From positions 131,230 through 195,229 of the forward strand of contig CACJJR010000001.1 in the NCBI GenBank assembly GCA_902593795.1: DNA of 64,000 bases, read 5' to 3'. The notes beneath the pieces were generated by a model that was not told the DNA's origin, ran no database searches, and worked only from the letters and a program-made list of their open reading frames with translations. The position numbers and the translations under genes are program-made. Shown here in pieces: positions 18,184 to 26,623 of the stretch (position 1 is its first letter; every line of letters begins with the position of its first letter). This DNA is from an uncultured Candidatus Actinomarina sp. (lineage in GTDB: Bacteria > Actinomycetota > Acidimicrobiia > Actinomarinales > Actinomarinaceae).

Positions 18184-18675
18184 TTATTTTTGCCAACCAC
18201 ATTCTTGTAACAGTGGTGTTATATCATCTTCTGATTTTTTTAATCCACTTAAGTCAAGTTTAGGCTCTTGTTGGCTAGGGTCTTCAATCTCTATGCCTTT
18301 TCCTCTTAGACATTTGGCTAACTCAAGATTTTCGTCGTATAATTTAGCAAGCTCCTCTGGATTTGAAGCAGATGAATCTGTCCAAAGATTGTATTTATTA
18401 ATACAATAATTAACATCGTCCCCCAACTGTAACTCTTCCTCCTTGCTATTGCTTAGTTGACTAATTGTTGTTTTTAAATCTTGTATGTCAAACGGTGTTG
18501 CTATGTTGTATCCCTTTTCTTCATTCAAACACTGAGATAAAACAATTGGATAATCCTCTTCTTCTATTATTGAGGTTGTTGTGGTGTTTCCCGAAAGAGA
18601 AGCTACTCCTTCATTGCTAGGGGCTGAACATAAACTTAAAAAAAGAATAAAAAGTAATAAATTTGTTTTTTTCAA
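18184..18675 (-). CDS. acidic Cys-pair-repeat lipoprotein, paralog 4 of 4
   Basis: 163 aa. It has the lipobox LSLC. The repeats are LSQCLNEEKGYNIATP...VNYC and LAKCLRGKGIEIEDP...LQEC. Confidence 0.7.
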   Translation of the reverse strand: MKKTNLLLFILFLSLCSAPSNEGVASLSGNTTTTSIIEEEDYPIVLSQCLNEEKGYNIATPFDIQDLKTTISQLSNSKEEELQLGDDVNYCINKYNLWTDSSASNPEELAKLYDENLELAKCLRGKGIEIEDPSQQEPKLDLSGLKKSEDDITPLLQECGWQK

Positions 18676-18677
18676 CT

Positions 18678-19781
18678 TTACTTATTCCTTAGACCAAACA
18701 ATGGCCTTAGTGGTTTGATGTTTTTTATAGCGTGATAAATAGTTAAAGAGAGAAAGCAAATCAAGAACAAGGCAATTGGAAATTTAATTATTGGATGAAT
18801 ATTTATACCTGCAAAAAAATACATTACTGCCATTTGTACAGGTAAGTGAACAATGTAAACAGGATAAACAGCTGTTTTATAATAGGTAAGTTGTGGTGAA
18901 TCATTGTTAAGATAAACAGCTCCTAGGCCCAGAAGTAAGAATATAAAATTAAAAGATTCGAAAGCTATGAGTCTATTGTCTAGTGCATAACCATCTTCGA
19001 AATTATTAAAAAATCTATACATATAAGAAACACTTGCAAAAGCTAGATGTATTCGCCAATTTCGCTTATTTGATTCCCAGAAAGCCTCGCCCTGTGAAGT
19101 TAAGACTATGCCGATCAAGAACCATAAAAAACCAAGTAGTAGCCCGTGCTCGGTGTTTGCATATTCGTTATAAAAATTTCCATAGTACGAATCGGGATTA
19201 AATCTAAGAAGGTTTAGAACGTGACCTTCAAGAATAATCGGTATTAAAAATATAAATATACCTCCGGGTTGTTGAAGCAAAGAAGAAATAATGCCTTCTT
19301 TTTGATTTTTATTAGAAATAAAATTTAAAACAGGAACTAACAGTATGCAGTAAATCAAGATATTTAAGAGAAACCATAAATGAACACCATTAAATTCAAA
19401 AGCAGCAAATATTAACCATAATGAGTCGGGTGACCAACCCTCATAATATGTAACTGCAATTACGAGAGAAGCTGTAGCAAATGTGATGGTTCCAAACAGC
19501 CAGGGGACTACAAGAATCTTAACTCTTTCTTTTAATATTTCTGGGCGTGTTCTTTTTTGAAACGATAACCTTAGAGCAATTCCAGCAATCAAAAAAACTA
19601 ACGGTATTCTCCATGTGTTTAGTAAGTTCAGTAATGGCCAAATTCCATCAGCAATTCTTTTATTTTGAACAAAAAGAATATATGGAGAGAGTGAGGTAAA
19701 TGAAATTCCAAGATGATAAAAAATGAGCAGAAACATTGCTATGGACCTCAAAGCGTCAATATCGTATCTTCTCTCGTTCAT
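18678..19781 (-). CDS. acyltransferase family 3 (membrane-bound O-acyltransferase-like)
   Basis: 367 aa. The N-terminus RYDIDALRSIAMFLLIFYHLGISF is characteristic of acyltransferase_3 proteins. It is about 10 TM. Confidence 0.65.
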   Translation of the reverse strand: MNERRYDIDALRSIAMFLLIFYHLGISFTSLSPYILFVQNKRIADGIWPLLNLLNTWRIPLVFLIAGIALRLSFQKRTRPEILKERVKILVVPWLFGTITFATASLVIAVTYYEGWSPDSLWLIFAAFEFNGVHLWFLLNILIYCILLVPVLNFISNKNQKEGIISSLLQQPGGIFIFLIPIILEGHVLNLLRFNPDSYYGNFYNEYANTEHGLLLGFLWFLIGIVLTSQGEAFWESNKRNWRIHLAFASVSYMYRFFNNFEDGYALDNRLIAFESFNFIFLLLGLGAVYLNNDSPQLTYYKTAVYPVYIVHLPVQMAVMYFFAGINIHPIIKFPIALFLICFLSLTIYHAIKNIKPLRPLFGLRNK

Positions 19782-19809
19782 ATGAACAATATTAATGCCT
19801 GGGTTTGAA

Positions 19810-20244
19810 TTAATTAAATTGTAGTTTCTCTTTAAGGTCTTCAGTTATTGGTGTGGCTTTCATGGTTGTTTGATCTGTATAAACATGAACCGCTTCACAA
19901 GAACTTACTAGTTCCCCTGTTTCTTTTAAAAACATTCCCATAATCCAGGTCATACTTGAGTTGCCTATTTCCTTAACTCTGACCCCAATCTCTATATCCT
20001 GATCAAAGTAGAGAGGTTTGTTGTACTGAACTAATACCTGTACAGTATGAAAATCTTTTTTCGTCTCTTCGATGTCTTTCAAGTAATCATAATTTATATG
20101 CTTAAAATAAGCAGTAATTGCCTGATCAAAAAATGCTACGTGATTAGCATTGTGCATTACTCCTTGTGGATCAAGTTCATAATATCTAACAGTTGTTTCC
20201 CAAAAAGCTTGAAATTCTTCTCTAGATAGGTTTATTTTTGACAT
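19810..20244 (-). CDS. acyl-CoA thioesterase, hotdog fold (YbgC/4HBT-like)
   Basis: 144 aa. The block VRYYELDPQGVMHNANHVAFFDQA matches the catalytic-Asp N-terminal pattern of 4HBT thioesterases. Confidence 0.65.
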   Translation of the reverse strand: MSKINLSREEFQAFWETTVRYYELDPQGVMHNANHVAFFDQAITAYFKHINYDYLKDIEETKKDFHTVQVLVQYNKPLYFDQDIEIGVRVKEIGNSSMTWIMGMFLKETGELVSSCEAVHVYTDQTTMKATPITEDLKEKLQFN

Positions 20245-21447
20245 CTAAACAAAAATTTGTGTTTTAGGTTCTATCCCACCAGTTAAAGGCATGGCATATT
20301 CAAAAAAATCGTTTGTAACATATGGTTTAGTCTCATCCAAAAAATCTTGAGGCATGTCTTTTGTATGTTTCGCAACTTTATTCAGCTCTACAACATCGAC
20401 ATCACAGTGGTATGTTTCTGACAATTGTCGTTTAAGAATTACAGATCCACTTTGTAGATCTTGAGAAGCGATAACAGCATGTTGTCCAACCCTCTCTGCT
20501 TCTTCAGCGTCTACATCAGAAACATCGGCTAAAAAAGATCTTTGTAAATATCCAAAGGTATCCGCCCTAACTCTTGCACTATCAATGTGTTCCGAAACTA
20601 TGTTTGTCAACGTATCGCCTAATGCCCCTGAGCCTGAGAGCTGGATATTTCCATGGCTGTCTTTTTTTCCAGCAAGGCCAGAACCTGTTTCACTTGCATA
20701 TGTCTGTAAGAAATATTCACCCTCTTCGTTATGTATACCTTCAGAGACTGCAATCACACATCTTCCAAGTGAATCATATACTTCTTTCACTTCTTTTAAA
20801 AATTCTTCAATTTTGAATACTTTTTCAGGAACATAAACTAAGTGGGGACCGTCTTCTTCGGTAGACTTACCTAAAGTGCTTGCAGCAGTAAGCCAGCCTG
20901 CGTGTCTACCCATCAAAACATTAATTTTAATTCCTTTGAGACTTCTATTGTCTGCATCATCCCCTTGAAAAGCATGTGCGACAAACCGGGCCGCTGAGCC
21001 ATAACCTGGACAGTGGTCTGTTTCAAGTAAATCATTATCAATAGTTTTTGGAATATGAAATGCTTTCATTTCATACCCAATAGAACTTGCTCCCTTTGCA
21101 ACAAGATTTGCTGTTTCTGCAGAATCATTACCGCCTATGTAGTAAAAGTTTCTAATGTTTTGTTTTTCAAATATTGAAACAAGTTTTTCTATATCAGATT
21201 CTGTAGGCTTTTTTCTTACCGAACCTAAGGCTGCAGCTGGTGTTTTACCAATTCCATAAAGTTGAGCTTCTGATAGGCTGGCAAGGTCAACAAAATCTTC
21301 ATTGAGCATTCCTTCTAATCCGTGTTTTGCGCCAAGGATTTCTTCAAAATCAGATTTAGTAGCTTCTTTAATAAAACCAACTAGTGACCTATTTATAACA
21401 GCTGTTGGACCTCCAGATTGTCCAATAACTGCTTTGCCTTGTGGCAT
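20245..21447 (-). CDS. 6-phosphofructokinase family, possibly PPi-dependent (PFP type)
   Basis: 400 aa. It has IGQSGGPTAVIN, IGGNDS (Asp at the position that is Gly in ATP-dependent enzymes), PKTIDND and MGRHAG. The cofactor choice is inference. Confidence 0.7.
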   Translation of the reverse strand: MPQGKAVIGQSGGPTAVINRSLVGFIKEATKSDFEEILGAKHGLEGMLNEDFVDLASLSEAQLYGIGKTPAAALGSVRKKPTESDIEKLVSIFEKQNIRNFYYIGGNDSAETANLVAKGASSIGYEMKAFHIPKTIDNDLLETDHCPGYGSAARFVAHAFQGDDADNRSLKGIKINVLMGRHAGWLTAASTLGKSTEEDGPHLVYVPEKVFKIEEFLKEVKEVYDSLGRCVIAVSEGIHNEEGEYFLQTYASETGSGLAGKKDSHGNIQLSGSGALGDTLTNIVSEHIDSARVRADTFGYLQRSFLADVSDVDAEEAERVGQHAVIASQDLQSGSVILKRQLSETYHCDVDVVELNKVAKHTKDMPQDFLDETKPYVTNDFFEYAMPLTGGIEPKTQIFV

Positions 21448-21449
21448 TT

Positions 21450-22361
21450 TTAGCTCCCGTTTTGATATACAGAAATAAAACTTAGATAAGAATCTGCAAT
21501 CTCTGTAACCGCTTCTTCTCGTGACTTTTCTTCTTCATGCCACCCTTTAAGAGAATTCCAGAAAATTGATCTTCCAATTGCAAAACCTTTATAACCGTCA
21601 ACAGAGGAACCCGCTCTAAGCCATTCATTGACTTTTTCATCATTTGCTCCTCTACCAAGAACAACTGCTATAACGTCTTCTCTTCCACCGTCTTTAATAA
21701 CTTTTGAAACATTTTCGTTATCTTCAACTGTGTCTAAACCTTCAATTTTCCAAATATCAGGATCTGCTCCTCTTTCTCTCATTTCCTCAACAACTTGTAC
21801 GGCTAGCTTAGGTCTAATTTCAGAATCATATCTTGCTTGATCACCATCAACGCTTGCTAATTGTTCTTCTGATGCAGGAACAAGAAACTCTAAAAGAAAC
21901 TTTCTCTCGTTTTCATCAAGCCATTCTGAAAGTGTTTTTATTCTTTCCCCTTGTATTTGCCTTGTTTCAGGGTCGTCATCAGGATTCCATCGGACGAGTA
22001 TCTTTACAAAATCAGCATTCACTTCTTTGATTTTTTCTCCAAAATCGTCACCATATTCAAAATCAAAAACTTTTTGTCCTGACTTTTCTACAGGTGCTGC
22101 AAGCTTAATACCCATTTCTTTTGCCCTGTTTTGAACTTGAAGTCCAAATGTTTCGTCTACAAGAATTGCGGGGTCTCCGCCATTTATTCCTTTACTGCTT
22201 GCTTCAAGAAACCCATCAAAAATTATATCTTTCATAGATGAGACTCTTGCTACCTCTTCATTAGAGGGCTGCCTTCCTTCAACACCCAAAAGTCCCTTTG
22301 TTAAAGTACCTCTGTGGTCAAATGCAAGTATGTATAAATCGTTTGGATACCCCTTCATCAA
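21450..22361 (-). CDS. class I aldolase-like (beta/alpha)8 protein (LacD / DUF2090 / Cgl0159-like family)
   Basis: 303 aa. The N-terminal ILAFDHRGTL block resembles tagatose-/sulfofructose-bisphosphate aldolase relatives. It lies 2 nt upstream of the PFK gene. Confidence 0.5.
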   Translation of the reverse strand: MMKGYPNDLYILAFDHRGTLTKGLLGVEGRQPSNEEVARVSSMKDIIFDGFLEASSKGINGGDPAILVDETFGLQVQNRAKEMGIKLAAPVEKSGQKVFDFEYGDDFGEKIKEVNADFVKILVRWNPDDDPETRQIQGERIKTLSEWLDENERKFLLEFLVPASEEQLASVDGDQARYDSEIRPKLAVQVVEEMRERGADPDIWKIEGLDTVEDNENVSKVIKDGGREDVIAVVLGRGANDEKVNEWLRAGSSVDGYKGFAIGRSIFWNSLKGWHEEEKSREEAVTEIADSYLSFISVYQNGS

Positions 22362-22368
22362 TTCTCCT

Positions 22369-23289
22369 TTAAACTTTTTGTTTAGTGTTTCTTCTAGTTA
22401 AAACATAAATCATTATTACTAAAAACAATAATGATATTAATAGTAACTGGTCAGAATACACGTTGGTTTGTGCACTTTCTTCGAAAGTAGTAGACAACTC
22501 TTCGACAAGCTGGACAGTAGTTGTTCCCCAGTTGCTTGCAAGAGTGTCATCAAGAAAATATACATTAGAGTTTTCTACTGCTGATATATTCCCCCAACCT
22601 TCTCTTATTGAAAGATCTTTATTTAAATAATCAGAGTGTCCTACAACAATATAGTCTGGATTAGACCCTATAACCATTTCCTCACTCAGAGCTGGATACC
22701 CACTTCCAAAAGGGTCTTCTTCTGAATTAGCAATGTTTACAATACCAAGTTCATTGTAAATTTCTCCAATTAGTGAATCAGAATTTACACTATAAATTCC
22801 ATAGGAATATCCAATTTCATGATAGACAGAGACATTTTCGTAATTAGCATCATCTAATATCCGGTTAATTTCTAGTTTCATGTCTCTAACCTTCGAAGAG
22901 GCCGCACCTTTTTTATTTACAATCTCTCCAATTGTTGAAATTTGAGAATAAACATCTTCAAAATTTTTCGCTGGTGGAAGTAAGACATAGTTGATTTCCT
23001 GGCTTTCAAGCCCGTCGACTATTCCATTAAAATCAAAGGCAACGATAACCATATCTGGATTTAATGGCGCAAGCTCTTCCGCTGTTACTGTGTATGCGTC
23101 TATTCTTTCCACTGGAAAATCAACCTCAGAAAAAGCATCCACTGCAATTAGTGTGTCTTGTGCTTCTAATGACTGAATAATTTCAGTGTGTGTTGTTGAT
23201 AAAGATATAATTTTTATATCTTCGCTTTCTTGTGCTGGACTCGAACACATCGATACCAACAAGGCAAGAAAAATTAACTTAGTTTTCAT
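22369..23289 (-). CDS. BtuF/FhuD-type (cluster A-II) periplasmic binding protein, probable cobalamin binder, with an N-terminal lipobox and a C-terminal TM anchor
   Basis: 306 aa. It has the lipobox VSMC and IISLSTTHTEIIQSLEAQDTLIAVD (Peripla_BP_2-like). The C-terminus is LLLISLLFLVIMIYVLTRRNTKQKV. A cobalamin riboswitch lies immediately upstream. Confidence 0.65.
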   Translation of the reverse strand: MKTKLIFLALLVSMCSSPAQESEDIKIISLSTTHTEIIQSLEAQDTLIAVDAFSEVDFPVERIDAYTVTAEELAPLNPDMVIVAFDFNGIVDGLESQEINYVLLPPAKNFEDVYSQISTIGEIVNKKGAASSKVRDMKLEINRILDDANYENVSVYHEIGYSYGIYSVNSDSLIGEIYNELGIVNIANSEEDPFGSGYPALSEEMVIGSNPDYIVVGHSDYLNKDLSIREGWGNISAVENSNVYFLDDTLASNWGTTTVQLVEELSTTFEESAQTNVYSDQLLLISLLFLVIMIYVLTRRNTKQKV

Positions 23290-23295
23290 AATTTC

Positions 23296-23465
23296 CTTTC
23301 TTACCTTGAGAAAATTTAGGAAACTTCAAGAATTTCTAGAAACTTCATCCCTTCTCTCGAGGACTGTCGTTATACAAATAATGAAGTCGACCTGACTTAT
23401 CTTTCGAATTACAGTTGCGGGACAGTGCTAGATTTTCACTAACTTCGCTCCATTATTCTTGTTGA
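23296..23465 (-). promoter_or_regulatory. cobalamin (B12) riboswitch
   Basis: The minus strand reads ...AAUGGAGCGAAGUUAGUGAAAAUCUAGCACUGUCCCGCAACUGUAA...GAUAAGUCAGGUCGACUUC... This matches the GGUGAAAAUCC / CCCGCAACUGUAA core and the AGUCAGG..AC B12-box. Downstream, UUUCCU can pair with the AGGAAA SD. Confidence 0.8.
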
Positions 23466-23476
23466 ATAGTAGCAGG

Positions 23477-24076
23477 TTAGTAAGAGTCGTCTTCTTCGTT
23501 TTCGGTGTTTTTAAGAGCATCCATCAAAGTAGGTTCTTCAATGTTTCTTGGAACGTCTGGCCTTGGTAGGTCTGACTCTGATGGCTGTTTTTCTGAGGCA
23601 GCTTCTGTTCTAACTTTTTTTATAGTCTTTATCATTGACATCAATACTGTTTCTTTTTGGTCTTGTTTTGTGTCTTGTTTTGCTTTTTTAGGTTTTGCTG
23701 GAGCATCAAGGTGTGTTTCCTCAAGTACTACAACTTCAATACCTCCAACTAAGTCAGATACAAGATTGTAGAAAAAAGCACCAACAGTAGCGATAGCTGT
23801 TTGTGTAAGCATATAAACAGCTGCAAGAGATACCAGTCCAGTAAAGAGTGGTTCAATATTTCCAACTAATGACGCGTCTTGGTCAAGCAAGGCAAGCCTT
23901 CTCGCAATGTCTTCTAGCCCTTGAGGTACTCCAGCGTTAACTAGTAATACCCACATAATAGAAAAACCTAAGACAACGGTTAGTGCAACAACAAAGTTTA
24001 AAACCAACGTGACTTTTAGAACTGTCCATGGATCAATTTTTCTAATTATTCTTCTTACTCTGTTAACTCGGACCAT
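23477..24076 (-). CDS. DUF3566-like transmembrane protein (conserved partner downstream of actinobacterial gyrA)
   Basis: 199 aa. It has VRRIIRKIDPWTVLKVTLVLNFVV followed by TM segments and a charged tail. It occupies the syntenic position right after gyrA. Confidence 0.6.
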   Translation of the reverse strand: MVRVNRVRRIIRKIDPWTVLKVTLVLNFVVALTVVLGFSIMWVLLVNAGVPQGLEDIARRLALLDQDASLVGNIEPLFTGLVSLAAVYMLTQTAIATVGAFFYNLVSDLVGGIEVVVLEETHLDAPAKPKKAKQDTKQDQKETVLMSMIKTIKKVRTEAASEKQPSESDLPRPDVPRNIEEPTLMDALKNTENEEDDSY

Positions 24077-24079
24077 AAC

Positions 24080-26623
24080 CTAGCTTTTTATGGGTATAAA
24101 TGCTGAAACTTCCTCTTCTGAGGCTAGTTTCATAACCCTAACTCCTTGTGCTGCTCTACTCATTTGTTTTATCTGCTTTACAGCACATCTTATTGCTGTT
24201 CCGCCTGTACTCATAAGCATAACCTCAGTATCTTCATCTACTGATCTGGCTCCTACTAAATTTCCTTTCGCCTCTGTAACTTTTAAGGCCTTTACACCCA
24301 TGCCGCCCCTGCCAGCTCTTCTAAATTCATCTAGCTTTGTTCTTTTTCCATACCCCTTAGCTGTTATAAAAAGCAGTGTTTCGTCTCTAGATGTAGCGGC
24401 TCCTACTACCTTGTCACCTTCTCTTAATTTAATACCTCTTACCCCCATTGCTGTCCTGCCTTGTGGTTTTAAATTTGTTTCATCAAAGCGTATTGCTTGA
24501 CCTTTTTGAGAAACAAGTATGACGTCTTCTTTTCCTGACGTAGTTTTAACAGAAACTACTCTGTCGTCATCTTTTAGTTTTATAGCCTGAAGAGACTTGT
24601 AATTTGAATCAAAGTCTTTAAACTTTGATTTTTTCACAGTTCCCTTTTCTGTCATTATTAATAAAAATTTCTCAGTTTCATAATCTCTGGTATCAATGAT
24701 TGCCTGTACTTTTTCATCTTGACCCATAGATAACACGTTTTGAATTAAGGAACCTCTAGCAGTTCTGTTAGTTTTTGGAATTTCATGTGCTTTCGCCCTG
24801 TAGACCTTCCCTTTGTCTGTAAAAAATAATAAATATGAGTGAACAGATGTTGAAAGGAGGTGTTCTATAACATCTTCGTCAGATGAGGCAGCCTTTACAC
24901 CCTTGCCTCCTCGACCTTGTTTTTTATAAGATGTAGATGGTACAGATTTAACATATCCGTTTGAAGAAACTGAAACAATTATTTCTTCGTCTTCAATCAA
25001 ATCTTCAATAGATACCTCTCCAACGTCGGGAACGATTCTTGATCTTCTTTCATCTCCAAATTTTTCAGTAATTGCTTCTAGTTCTTCAATTAAAATTGTA
25101 TTTTGCTTTGTTCGGCTTTTAAGAATTGCTGCTAGCTCTTTTATAGTGTTTTTGAGTTCTTTTTTTTCTTCTTCTAGTTTTTCCATTTCTAAAGCGGTAA
25201 GTCTTCTTAAGGGCATGTCTAATATGTGTGATGCCTGAACTTCAGATAGTTTAAATTTAGTCATAAGAGATTTTCTTGCGGTATCTACGTCTTTTGAAGC
25301 TTTGATAACTTTGATTATCTGATCAATTTTATTTAAAGCAAGCAGTAAACCCTCTACAATATGTAATCTGTTTTCAGCTTTTTCCAACCTGTATTTGGTA
25401 CGTCTTTGAATTACATCTATTTGGTGGCTTATGTAATAGTTGATTAACTCGGGAACAGATAAAACTTTTGGAACGCCGTCAACCAGCGCTACTGAGTTGA
25501 CTGAAAAAGTGTCTTGTAGTTGAGTTTGTTTAAATAGTTGATTTAATACCACTTGAGGAACTGCATCTCTTTTTAATTCAACAACTAGTCTTGTACCGTT
25601 TCTGTCACTACTCTCGTTTCTAAGGTCAGATATTCCTTGAAGTTTCTTGTCTTGAACAAGTGTTGCAATTTTTTCCATTATTCTATCCGTTGAAGCTTGG
25701 TATGGAAGCTCTTTCACCACAATTGCTGATCTTCCTCTTCCAAGCTCCTCAACATCAGCAACAGCTCTTATTTTTATTGAACCTCTTCCTTTTAATATTG
25801 CTTCTTTAATAGTTGGGGTTTCAACAACAAGTCCACCTGTTGGGAAATCTGGTCCTTTAATAATTTTTAAATAATCCTTTGGTTTTACGTCCTTGTTAGC
25901 AATTGTAAACTTTACAGCTTCTGTGATTTCACGTAAGTTGTACGGAGGCATGTTTGTAGCCATAGCAACCGCTATTCCCTCTGCTCCATTAACTAAAAGG
26001 TTGGGGAACCTAGCGGGCAAAACTTTTGGTTCTGATGTCTCGCCAGAATAATTTGGTTCAAAATTAACTGTGTCTTCATCAATTCCGTCTAAAAGCTGTG
26101 ATGAAAGGGAGGACATTCTTGACTCTGTGTACCTCATGGCTGCAGGAGGGTCGTCCGGCGTGCCAAAGTTTCCTTGTGGTTCAATCAGTGGATATCGAGT
26201 ACTAAAGTGTTGACCTAACCTAACAAGGGTTCCATAAATGGCATCATTTCCATGTGGGTGATAGTTACCCATAACATCACCTACAACCTTTGAACATTTC
26301 CTAAAAGGACCTGTTGGTCTAATGCCTGTTTCATACATGGAGTATAAAATTCTTCTTTGAACTGGTTTCAGCCCATCTTTAACGTCCGGAAGTGCCCTAG
26401 AAACAATGACAGACATTGCGTAATCTAGAAAAGATTTTGATATTTCGTCTTCTACAGCAATAGTTCCGTTGTTTGTATTTTCTAGCTCTTTTGTAGCCAC
26501 TGCAGATGGTTTCTTTTTTGGAGCTGGTTTTTTAGCTGCTGGTTTCTTTTTTGGAGCTGGTTTTTTAACTGGGGGTTTTTTAGCTGCTGGTTTCTTTTTT
26601 GGAGCTGGTTTTTTTGGAGCCAT
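24080..26623 (-). CDS. gyrA: DNA gyrase subunit A, with a ~42-aa Lys/Pro/Ala-rich N-terminal extension
   Basis: 847 aa. It has [35 protein letters not shown] (catalytic Tyr), and a C-terminal beta-pinwheel. The ATG overlaps the gyrB stop (TAATG). Confidence 0.95.
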   Translation of the reverse strand: MAPKKPAPKKKPAAKKPPVKKPAPKKKPAAKKPAPKKKPSAVATKELENTNNGTIAVEDEISKSFLDYAMSVIVSRALPDVKDGLKPVQRRILYSMYETGIRPTGPFRKCSKVVGDVMGNYHPHGNDAIYGTLVRLGQHFSTRYPLIEPQGNFGTPDDPPAAMRYTESRMSSLSSQLLDGIDEDTVNFEPNYSGETSEPKVLPARFPNLLVNGAEGIAVAMATNMPPYNLREITEAVKFTIANKDVKPKDYLKIIKGPDFPTGGLVVETPTIKEAILKGRGSIKIRAVADVEELGRGRSAIVVKELPYQASTDRIMEKIATLVQDKKLQGISDLRNESSDRNGTRLVVELKRDAVPQVVLNQLFKQTQLQDTFSVNSVALVDGVPKVLSVPELINYYISHQIDVIQRRTKYRLEKAENRLHIVEGLLLALNKIDQIIKVIKASKDVDTARKSLMTKFKLSEVQASHILDMPLRRLTALEMEKLEEEKKELKNTIKELAAILKSRTKQNTILIEELEAITEKFGDERRSRIVPDVGEVSIEDLIEDEEIIVSVSSNGYVKSVPSTSYKKQGRGGKGVKAASSDEDVIEHLLSTSVHSYLLFFTDKGKVYRAKAHEIPKTNRTARGSLIQNVLSMGQDEKVQAIIDTRDYETEKFLLIMTEKGTVKKSKFKDFDSNYKSLQAIKLKDDDRVVSVKTTSGKEDVILVSQKGQAIRFDETNLKPQGRTAMGVRGIKLREGDKVVGAATSRDETLLFITAKGYGKRTKLDEFRRAGRGGMGVKALKVTEAKGNLVGARSVDEDTEVMLMSTGGTAIRCAVKQIKQMSRAAQGVRVMKLASEEEVSAFIPIKS
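26495..26620 (-). repeat. imperfect tandem nucleotide repeats encoding the PAKK-type tail of GyrA
   Basis: On the plus strand, gctgctggtttcttttttggagctggtttttta-type units recur. The peptide is [38 protein letters not shown]. Confidence 0.85.

Noticed and set aside
24090-24500. A 136-aa plus-strand ORF and other ORFs antisense to gyrA/gyrB (26690..26908, 27509..27823, 28262..28522).
   Set aside because: They are antisense to highly conserved gyrase coding sequence. They are artefacts of stop-poor reverse frames.
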